Source: an uncultured Muribaculaceae bacterium
Lineage (GTDB): Bacteria; Bacillota_I; Bacilli_A; RF39; UBA660
DNA: 64,000 nucleotides
Assembly (NCBI GenBank): GCA_964369845.1
Contig: CAYJFJ010000002.1
Location: 8,242-72,241 of the forward strand
Direction of reading: 5' to 3'
How positions within the stretch are numbered: position 1 is the first letter of the stretch; the number at the start of each line of letters is the position of its first letter. The notes under the pieces were generated by a model. That model had not been told where the DNA came from. It ran no database searches and worked only from the letters and a program-made list of their open reading frames with translations. The position numbers were made by a program, and so were the translations under genes. Positions 36,940-43,497 of the stretch are shown here, one piece after another.

Positions 36940-37868
36940 TTCTCAAATTCCTTTTTTTTAACAAATATTTTCTTTAACTTTTGTGGATTATCTGTAGTAA
37001 TACTTATTTGTTCTATATTGGAATTTAATATTTCAATATCTATTTTTTTATACAGCATTTCTATATCTTTAACTTCATTGATCACATAAATTCCTAACTG
37101 TGAAAAATTATCAAGAGCATATTTAATAGTTTTATTTGTTAAAGCATTGCTTAAAGAAATTGTTAAATAATTCCATAGTAGTTTTAAATAGATTCTTATA
37201 TTTTCAACACTTTCCCAGTCAACATCGTAAGATGTTTTAATCCTAATGGACACACTATCTATATGTTTATATAGTTTACTTAAGTATAGTGCAAATTTAT
37301 AATCACAAAGTAAATCTGTTTTAATCTTTGTTAAACCTTTTTTTATCTGATACTTTCTTAAAATATCTAAATTATTTGGTATGAATGATAAATGAATAAT
37401 GTTATTACTTAGTTCAGGAAAATCACTTAATATGTTAGCTAAACTTGAAATATTTTTATTTTGAAATAAAAGTATGTCTTTTGTTTCTACTTTAATTACT
37501 TTACTACCTAATTTATCTGCGTTTTCCTTAAAATATTTCAAAACTTCTTCAAGCGTTACTATTTTAAAAGTATGATCACAAATACCATTACTGCTTTTTC
37601 TTGAACAGAAGTCATATCCTTTTAAATTTTCAAGGCTACTTTTTTTTACTTTGCCAACTCCATTTGAAACGTCATCAATAAATTCATCATGTATAATCAC
37701 TGGAATGTTGTCTTTTGTAAATACTATATCAAACTCAAATCCATCACATGAATCTAATAACTTTTCATTCTCAAAAATGTATTTCAAACTCTCAAAGGAA
37801 TTTTCTGGGTAATTTGTTTCTAAAAATCCTAAACGATGAGCAATTAATTTTACTTCTTTATTTATCAT
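36936..37868 (-). CDS. Glycerophosphodiester phosphodiesterase family protein (intact copy)
   Basis: IAHRLGF..YPENSFESL...FEFDIVFTKDNIPVIIHDE (GDPD catalytic His/Glu/Asp pattern). RBS GGAGG, and an extended -10 TGATATAAT upstream. Confidence 0.75.
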   Translation of the reverse strand: MINKEVKLIAHRLGFLETNYPENSFESLKYIFENEKLLDSCDGFEFDIVFTKDNIPVIIHDEFIDDVSNGVGKVKKSSLENLKGYDFCSRKSSNGICDHTFKIVTLEEVLKYFKENADKLGSKVIKVETKDILLFQNKNISSLANILSDFPELSNNIIHLSFIPNNLDILRKYQIKKGLTKIKTDLLCDYKFALYLSKLYKHIDSVSIRIKTSYDVDWESVENIRIYLKLLWNYLTISLSNALTNKTIKYALDNFSQLGIYVINEVKDIEMLYKKIDIEILNSNIEQISITTDNPQKLKKIFVKKKEFEK

Positions 37869-38030
37869 AGATTGCCTCCAATAAACTAATTATATCATGG
37901 AAAACTTATTTTCAAATATTTCCTATTTACATTTTAGTATAACGTTCACCTTTATTTAATATTAAAATTATTGCATTTTTTATAATTCTAAGTTATTATT
38001 GACTAATAAATGTGTAATTTAATATCTATA

Positions 38031-38407
38031 TCAATTCTTACTTATATTTAAAACTATTCCTATACTTGCAAGCGATATTAATAAACTTGAGCCACCATAA
38101 CTAAGAAAAGGTAATGTTACCCCTGTTACAGGTATTAAACCTACTACCACGCCTAAATTAAGAAGTGCCTGAACTAATATCCCTATTCCTATTCCAAATG
38201 ATAAATATTTTGGAAATAAATCTGTTTGCCTTAGAGAAATTTTTATAATTCTATAAAATATAAATAAGAAGAAAGTTGTTACAATTATAACTCCTAAAAA
38301 ACCAAATTCTTCACTTATAATTGAAAATATAAAATCTGTTTGGGGTTCTGGCAAGTAAAAGTGTTTTTGTCTTGAGGATATAAATCCTTGTCCTAAAAGA
38401 CCACCTG
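38031..38407 (-). pseudogene. 5'-truncated copy (copy A) of the ftsW/rodA-family gene 3' end
   Basis: The 377 nt align without indels to 39927..40303 (offset 1896). The frame is closed upstream by TAG at 38438-38436. The only start available is the TTG used by the ORF track (38354). It encodes just the last ~125 residues of the 359-aa protein. Confidence 0.8.
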
Positions 38408-38431
38408 AGTTATTTATAAAGTGATAAATTT

Positions 38432-38460
38432 TGAACTATTCGGAAATTCCGAATAGTTCA
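38432..38460. repeat. Perfect 29-nt palindrome (14-bp arms) at the cassette / ftsW-fragment junction
   Basis: TGAACTATTCGGAA-A-TTCCGAATAGTTCA. It lies 3 nt after the fic stop and 24 nt from the homology breakpoint at 38407. No U-tract follows in the minus (transcribed) sense. Confidence 0.85.
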
Positions 38461-38463
38461 CTT

Positions 38464-39204
38464 TTAATTAGTTTCTAATATACTAATATATTTTTCAAGT
38501 TCTAAGATTAAATAATCTGCTATCAAATTAGTCATGGCACTTAAATCTTCAGCGTCATCATAAACTTTAAATGCATCATAGTAATCTTTTTTATTTGTAT
38601 TTTTAATATTAATTGGAAGTAATCCATTTTTCATCAACTCAAAATTCATAATTAATCTACCACATCTACCATTTCCATCAATAAATGGATGTATTCTTTC
38701 AAATTTGATATGAAATAAGGCTATTTTTTCAACAATGTGCATAGATGTATCTTCATTATACCAATTGAGTAAATTATCAAGTCCTGGTTTAATCATAAAT
38801 GGCTGGGCTAATTCTACATTACTACCTACAATCTGTACAGGTATTTTTCTAAACTTTCCTCTATCGTCAGGTCTACTCATTAAAACCAAATTGTGAATAT
38901 TAAGAATTTCACTTTCACTTAAATTTTTTTTATTTTTTACTAAATCAAGTATATAGTAAAATGCATCTTTATGCCCTATTGCATCAAAATGATCATTAAC
39001 AGGTTTACCACTAATTGTAATTTTTTCTTTTATTACTAAAGCAGTTTCATCTAAAGTTAAAGTATTTCCCTCTATTGCGTTACTATCATAAGTATATTCA
39101 AGCATAAAGTTTTCATTTAATTTTTCTACTTCTCCTTGAGATAATGGTCTAAGACTACTTATCTTTTCCTTTAATTCATTTATTCTCAATAATTTACCAT
39201 CCAT
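38464..39204 (-). CDS. fic: Fic-family adenylyltransferase (AMPylator), class II-type with N-terminal inhibitory motif
   Basis: Fic core HPFIDGNGRCGRL (HxFx[D/E]GNGRxxR). Inhibitory-helix motif S41-NAIE-G46 (S/TxxxE[G/N]) lies upstream of the core. Confidence 0.88.
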   Translation of the reverse strand: MDGKLLRINELKEKISSLRPLSQGEVEKLNENFMLEYTYDSNAIEGNTLTLDETALVIKEKITISGKPVNDHFDAIGHKDAFYYILDLVKNKKNLSESEILNIHNLVLMSRPDDRGKFRKIPVQIVGSNVELAQPFMIKPGLDNLLNWYNEDTSMHIVEKIALFHIKFERIHPFIDGNGRCGRLIMNFELMKNGLLPINIKNTNKKDYYDAFKVYDDAEDLSAMTNLIADYLILELEKYISILETN

Positions 39205-39266
39205 CTTAATTCCTCTTTCTTACTTCTATTTTAACATATTAATATAAATATTCATCAAATTATTTA
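39205..39266 (-). repeat. Leader repeat copy 1 (upstream of fic): extended -10 + RBS
   Basis: Minus-sense AAATAATTTGATGAATATTTATATTAATATGTTAAAATAGAAGTAAGAAAGAGG. About 85% identical to 39690..39750 over ~55 nt by hand alignment. Contains TGTTAAAAT and AAGAGG. Confidence 0.7.
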
Positions 39267-39689
39267 TATATTTTTATTCAATTCAATTAAAATTTTGTTT
39301 TGCACTTCCTTATTAAACTCTTTATCAGTTTCATCAAATATCCATGAAAAACCATCATTTACATATCTTGGAAATATATGCAAATGATAATGACCTATAT
39401 CGTTAAATTTTCCACCATTTTGCATAATTGAATATCCGTCTAATTTATATATATTTTTCAATGTTTTAACTATTTTTTTTGTTAGGACATTAATTTCATT
39501 TAATATAGCAATATCAATTTCATCAACATCTAAAAAATGCTTTTTTGTTATTATAAGAACATGACCTTCATTAATAGGATCAGAATCTAAAAATGCAAAA
39601 ATTTTATCAGACTCATATATTTTTAAACATTCCTCATTATGATTTACCAACTCACAAAAAACACATGTTTCATTTCTTTTACTATCCAT
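39264..39689 (-). CDS. HIT-family (Hint-like) nucleotide hydrolase/phosphoramidase
   Basis: Histidine triad GHYHLHIFPR, N-terminal CVFC, and DPINEGHVLIITKKH. Confidence 0.88.
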   Translation of the reverse strand: MDSKRNETCVFCELVNHNEECLKIYESDKIFAFLDSDPINEGHVLIITKKHFLDVDEIDIAILNEINVLTKKIVKTLKNIYKLDGYSIMQNGGKFNDIGHYHLHIFPRYVNDGFSWIFDETDKEFNKEVQNKILIELNKNI

Positions 39690-39750
39690 ATTAACCTCTT
39701 TCTTACTATTATTTTAACATACTAATATGAATAATTATCGAATTATTTGA
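39690..39750 (-). repeat. Leader repeat copy 2 (upstream of the HIT gene)
   Basis: Minus-sense CAAATAATTCGATAATTATTCATATTAGTATGTTAAAATAATAGTAAGAAAGAGG. Its distal part forms the 3' end of the truncated GDPD fragment. Confidence 0.7.
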
Positions 39751-39899
39751 TTTTCTTTATCAAATTCAAATCCTTCACAAGAATCAAGAGCTTCTTTATT
39801 ATTAAAAATACAATTAAAACTTTCTAGTGATTTTTCAAGATATTTAGTTTCTAAAAATCCTAATCTATATGCTATTAATCTAATTTTATCGTTTATCAC
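39735..39899 (-). pseudogene. Truncated 5' fragment of a diverged glycerophosphodiester phosphodiesterase gene
   Basis: A GTG at 39899 behind RBS GAGGTG gives VINDKIRLIAYRLGFLETKYLEKSLESFNCIFNNKEALDSCEGFEFD-KENQIIR*. It is ~60% identical to residues 1-47 of the intact GDPD (36936..37868) and breaks after GFEFD. Confidence 0.75.
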
Positions 39900-39926
39900 T
39901 ATATTCACCTCAACAAGCTAATTATA

Positions 39927-40303
39927 TCACTTTTTACTTATATTTAAAACTATTCCAATGCTTGCAAGTGATATGAGTAAACTAGATCCGCCGTATGATA
40001 AGAAAGGAAGTGTAACTCCTGTTACAGGTATTAAACCCACTACCACGCCTAAATTAAGAAGTGCCTGAACTAATATCCCTATTCCTATTCCAAATGATAA
40101 ATATTTTGGAAATAAATCTGTTTGCCTTAGAGAAATTTTTATAATTCTATAAAATATAAATAAGAAGAAAGTTGTTACAATTATAACTCCTAAAAAACCA
40201 AATTCTTCACTTATAATTGAAAATATAAAATCTGTTTGGGGTTCTGGCAAGTAAAAGTGTTTTTGTCTTGAGGACATAAATCCTTGTCCTAAAAGACCAC
40301 CTG
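39927..40303 (-). repeat. Direct repeat copy B (3' end of the intact ftsW/rodA-family gene)
   Basis: Same 377 nt as 38031..38407. There are 22 mismatches in the 112 nt nearest the stop codon and 1 mismatch in the other 265 nt (hand alignment). Confidence 0.85.
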
Positions 40304-41006
40304 GCCCTATTGCGTATAAACTTTGTATTATTTGAAAACCACTACCTAAAGGGTCACTCCATGGATTTAAAAATGATACTATTCTTGCCACTCTATATGG
40401 AGCTACTATGACAAGTCCTACAACTCCTAATAGACCTGCTACTCCAAGTTTTATAAAAAAACTAAGTTTTACTCCTGATATGAATATGATTGCTATATTA
40501 GTCAAAACAAGAACTACTCCTGTTCCAAAATCTGGTTCCAACATTATAAGTGCAAATGAAAACATAATTACTCCTAAAAGAGGAATTATGTTTTTAATTT
40601 CATTATGTTCATTTATCTTATTTTTTGATAAATATTTAGCGGTAAAAATCATTAGTCCTAACTTAGAAAATTCCGACGGCTGCACACCAAAAGAACCTAT
40701 TCCAAACCAAGATCTAGATCCATTTCTTACAATACCTATTCCTGGAATTAGTACTAAAATTAAAAAAATTATACATCCAAAAAGTATTAAGTTACTTCTT
40801 TTTTCATATAATTTATAATTTATCTTTGATAAAACTAACGTACCTAGTATTCCCACTACTAAAAATACACTTTGATTCATTACAAATTTATATGGATTGC
40901 TAAATTTATACTCAGCCCATACATAACTTGATGAATATATCATAATGCATCCGAATACAGATAATAAAATAACACTTATTAAAAGTGGATAATCAACTTT
41001 TTTCAT
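39927..41006 (-). CDS. ftsW: FtsW/RodA/SpoVE-family (SEDS) peptidoglycan glycosyltransferase
   Basis: 359 aa, ~10 TM segments, with SEDS motifs GSRSWF.., QPSEFSKL, PEPQTDFIFS and LPFLSYGGSS. Confidence 0.88.
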   Translation of the reverse strand: MKKVDYPLLISVILLSVFGCIMIYSSSYVWAEYKFSNPYKFVMNQSVFLVVGILGTLVLSKINYKLYEKRSNLILFGCIIFLILVLIPGIGIVRNGSRSWFGIGSFGVQPSEFSKLGLMIFTAKYLSKNKINEHNEIKNIIPLLGVIMFSFALIMLEPDFGTGVVLVLTNIAIIFISGVKLSFFIKLGVAGLLGVVGLVIVAPYRVARIVSFLNPWSDPLGSGFQIIQSLYAIGPGGLLGQGFMSSRQKHFYLPEPQTDFIFSIISEEFGFLGVIIVTTFFLFIFYRIIKISLRQTDLFPKYLSFGIGIGILVQALLNLGVVVGLIPVTGVTLPFLSYGGSSLLISLASIGIVLNISKK

Positions 41007-41045
41007 ATAATAAATTATATTTTAATTTATTATGTTTATTCTATA

Positions 41046-41073
41046 AATTAAAAAACAGAATTATTTTCTGTTT
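41046..41073 (-). terminator. Terminator after the 41061..42671 gene
   Basis: Minus-sense AAACAGAA-AATAA-TTCTGTTT hairpin followed by UUUAAUUU. Confidence 0.55.
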
Positions 41074-42671
41074 AATTTTTTATACTCTTCTTCTTTAGCT
41101 ATCCATTTTCTATAGTTTGCTCTATTGATTTCTAGATTTTCTTCAATTTCTTGATTTACACTTATTATCAATGATTTATCTATAACTGATGCGAAATTAT
41201 ATTCTTTTAAGACACTTTGTAATAGTTCAAATTTTTGTTCTTCAATTAATCCGTAATTGTAAATTAAGTTTACTTGATTTAATGCGTTTCTGATAATATT
41301 AATTTGATTAATAGGCATTCTTTTATCTTTAGTGTAACCTTGATGTGATTCATTCATTAAATCAATAACTTTTGTGTAACCATAACTTTTTAAATATTTT
41401 ATAAAATACACATTCATTTCTAACATTTCAATACCACTATTTAAAACTTCTTCTTTTGTCAAATATGTAGCATCTAGTAAACTTAAGTTTTTTTCTGATA
41501 CAAAATTTACTACTGTATCAGCTGGCTTAATACCTAAATTTTTTGTATTATATAAATAATATTTTGTAAGTTTTAATATATCACTTAATTTTGTAACTCC
41601 TTCTTCTTTTAGTATATTAACCGTTTTATAATGAAAATTCATTTGTTCTAAACTAACATCTTCATAAACATCTAGACCTTGTTCATCTAATTTTTTATAA
41701 CTTAATCCATATTTGTTTAGTTTGTCTTTAGCTTCAGAGAATGCTTCTTGATTGTTAACTATATATTCTACTATTTTTTCATCGGTATTTACAAGATCAC
41801 ACGTATTTATAATTCCTTCTTTATTAAGTATAGAAACTATTTCAGAATCAAAGTAAAAACTTATACATCTACTAAGCAAATCGTTTCTATCTGCATTTTT
41901 TGAATCGCTTATAAATTTTAATTCTACCTTTTCTAAAAAGTTTTTAACAATTATTAAATCTTCATTATTTAGTGAAGTAAATGTTGTTAAAAAATCTTCT
42001 TCATAAATATTTAGAATGTTTCTTACATATATCATCTTTTTAGATTTAAAAGCATCAAGTATTTTTTCAGAAAAATCAAAATCGCTTAGTAATTTATCTA
42101 AAAATATATATTTTTTAGTTCCATAATAATCTTTATTTTCTCTGCTTTTTATACGTTCTTTTTTTACTGGCATCACTTCTTTTTTTTCTACTGAAATTTC
42201 TAGTACCTTAAGTTCTTCTTCCAAATTTGGAAATTCATTAACTAATGCTTTAATTACTTTTGCTTTTAATATTTCACTTAAATATTTTATATCTGTTCTT
42301 GCTTTACTTATAGAATTTTGTGATTTTACCTGATTTATTAATGACTTTATACTTTTGAGTTCTTTATTTTCTAGTTTTTTTCTCACTGCTGGACTTAAAT
42401 TCAATAAATATATTGAGCATTCTATTTTTTCTTCAAAAGTTAATGTTTTAAATACTTCATCATATAACTTTAAATTGTATTTATTTAATATGTCAGATAT
42501 TTTTTCTACTACTTTATTTGTTATGTATGGTAGTGATAGTAATTCACTTTTGCTTTTTTTTATTAAATCAGAAAGTAAATAAATACGATTTGTATTTAAA
42601 ATTCCTCTAATATTTTGATTTATTTCTTCTAAAATTTCTTCGTCAGTTTTTAATATTAATTTTCTTTCCAT
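41061..42671 (-). CDS. Protein made of ~6 tandem RNA polymerase alpha-subunit CTD-like (helix-hairpin-helix) domains
   Basis: Repeating ~60-aa units, e.g. FHYKTVNILKEEGVTKLSDILKLTKYYLYNTKNLGIKPADTVVNFVSEKNLSL and FDSEIVSILNKEGIINTCDLVNTDEKIVEYI...AKDKLNKYGLSY. These follow the alpha-CTD pattern L(S)xRxxNxLKRxGIxTVxDLxxxxxxELxxIxNxGxKSxxEIxxxLxxxGLxL. Confidence 0.55.
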   Translation of the reverse strand: MERKLILKTDEEILEEINQNIRGILNTNRIYLLSDLIKKSKSELLSLPYITNKVVEKISDILNKYNLKLYDEVFKTLTFEEKIECSIYLLNLSPAVRKKLENKELKSIKSLINQVKSQNSISKARTDIKYLSEILKAKVIKALVNEFPNLEEELKVLEISVEKKEVMPVKKERIKSRENKDYYGTKKYIFLDKLLSDFDFSEKILDAFKSKKMIYVRNILNIYEEDFLTTFTSLNNEDLIIVKNFLEKVELKFISDSKNADRNDLLSRCISFYFDSEIVSILNKEGIINTCDLVNTDEKIVEYIVNNQEAFSEAKDKLNKYGLSYKKLDEQGLDVYEDVSLEQMNFHYKTVNILKEEGVTKLSDILKLTKYYLYNTKNLGIKPADTVVNFVSEKNLSLLDATYLTKEEVLNSGIEMLEMNVYFIKYLKSYGYTKVIDLMNESHQGYTKDKRMPINQINIIRNALNQVNLIYNYGLIEEQKFELLQSVLKEYNFASVIDKSLIISVNQEIEENLEINRANYRKWIAKEEEYKKLNRK

Positions 42672-42691
42672 TTTTCCCCTTTTATACTTTT

Positions 42692-43420
42692 TTACTTTGT
42701 TTTTGCTTCTTTATTTTCTAAATTTTCATAAGCAACATAGTTATTTATATATAAAGCTTCACATAACAGTTGATATTTTTTAATTTCAAATAACATTTTT
42801 ATTTCTGCTACTTTACTTTGAAGCTCTTCTTCTCTAGTTTTCCCTACTGCTCTTAATCTTTTGATTTTTTCTTCTTTAAATTCTAGTAAATCATCTACTG
42901 TGAAAACATCAGTTCTAGACAATGCATTTTCTACAGCCGGTGATAATCCTATATTTTGAATTTCTGTAGCTAATGTTATTTCTTGTGATGAATCTACGTA
43001 AAGAGCTAGTGATACTTCTTCTAATGCTTGTTTTAATTTTTTCATACTTGAACTTGGTATAATACCTTTTTTTACTAATAAATTTTCACTTATTGAAACT
43101 AAACTACCTATTTTATTTATTTTTTTATTTTCTAAATTAGCTACTATATCATGACTTATATTTAACTTAGATACTTCTGATTCGTATAATTCTTCTTTTG
43201 ATAATTCTTTTAAATCCACAAGTCTCAAACCAAATCCAGCTAAAAATTCTTTGATTGCTATTATTTTAGTAGCACCTATACTTCTAATTCTTGCAAGCTC
43301 ACTTTCTGATTTATTTGATAACTGACCTATAGTTGATATTCTTCTTCTCATTAAACATAAAACAATACCTCTATCTAAATTTGTTTCTGTTAATATTACT
43401 TCCATTATATTATTATTCAT
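42692..43420 (-). CDS. Protein made of 3 tandem RNA polymerase alpha-CTD-like domains
   Basis: First unit NLDRGIVLCLMRRRISTIGQLSNKSESELARIRSIGATKIIAIKEFLAGFGLRL is a close match to the alpha-CTD consensus. Two further units: ISHDIVANLENKKINKIGSL... and LSPAVENALSRTDVFTVDDLLEFKEEKIKRLRAVGKTREEEL. Confidence 0.6.
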   Translation of the reverse strand: MNNNIMEVILTETNLDRGIVLCLMRRRISTIGQLSNKSESELARIRSIGATKIIAIKEFLAGFGLRLVDLKELSKEELYESEVSKLNISHDIVANLENKKINKIGSLVSISENLLVKKGIIPSSSMKKLKQALEEVSLALYVDSSQEITLATEIQNIGLSPAVENALSRTDVFTVDDLLEFKEEKIKRLRAVGKTREEELQSKVAEIKMLFEIKKYQLLCEALYINNYVAYENLENKEAKTK

Positions 43421-43441
43421 TTTTCCCCCATTAATACTAAT

Positions 43442-43470
43442 ATTATATCATATTTGTTACATTTTGTCAA
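43442..43470 (-). promoter_or_regulatory. Perfect-consensus sigma-A promoter for the alpha-CTD-repeat operon
   Basis: Minus-sense TTGACA (43470-43465), 17-nt spacer, TATAAT (43447-43442). RBS GGGGGAA precedes the ATG at 43420. Confidence 0.7.
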
Positions 43471-43497
43471 AAAAATAAAAAGACATGATTAGTCTTT
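43471..43497 (-). terminator. Terminator after the rel homologue
   Basis: Minus-sense AAAGAC-TAATCAT-GTCTTT followed by UUUAUUUUUUU. Overlaps the stop at 43489-43491. Confidence 0.55.

Noticed and set aside
38031-38354. Track ORF of 107 aa (MPEPQTDF...) treated as an independent gene.
   Set aside because: It is the last third of an FtsW/RodA-family protein. It starts at a TTG that is an internal Leu codon in the intact copy, has no RBS, and a SEDS fragment of 3 TM helices is unlikely to function. I called it a pseudogene / repeat copy instead.
38408-39760. Short motif AAATAA(T/C)T recurring at the three cassette junctions (near 38411-38420, 39258-39266 and 39741-39750) as a possible recombination core.
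   Set aside because: An 8-9-nt A/T-only string is expected by chance many times in this genome, so the evidence is insufficient.
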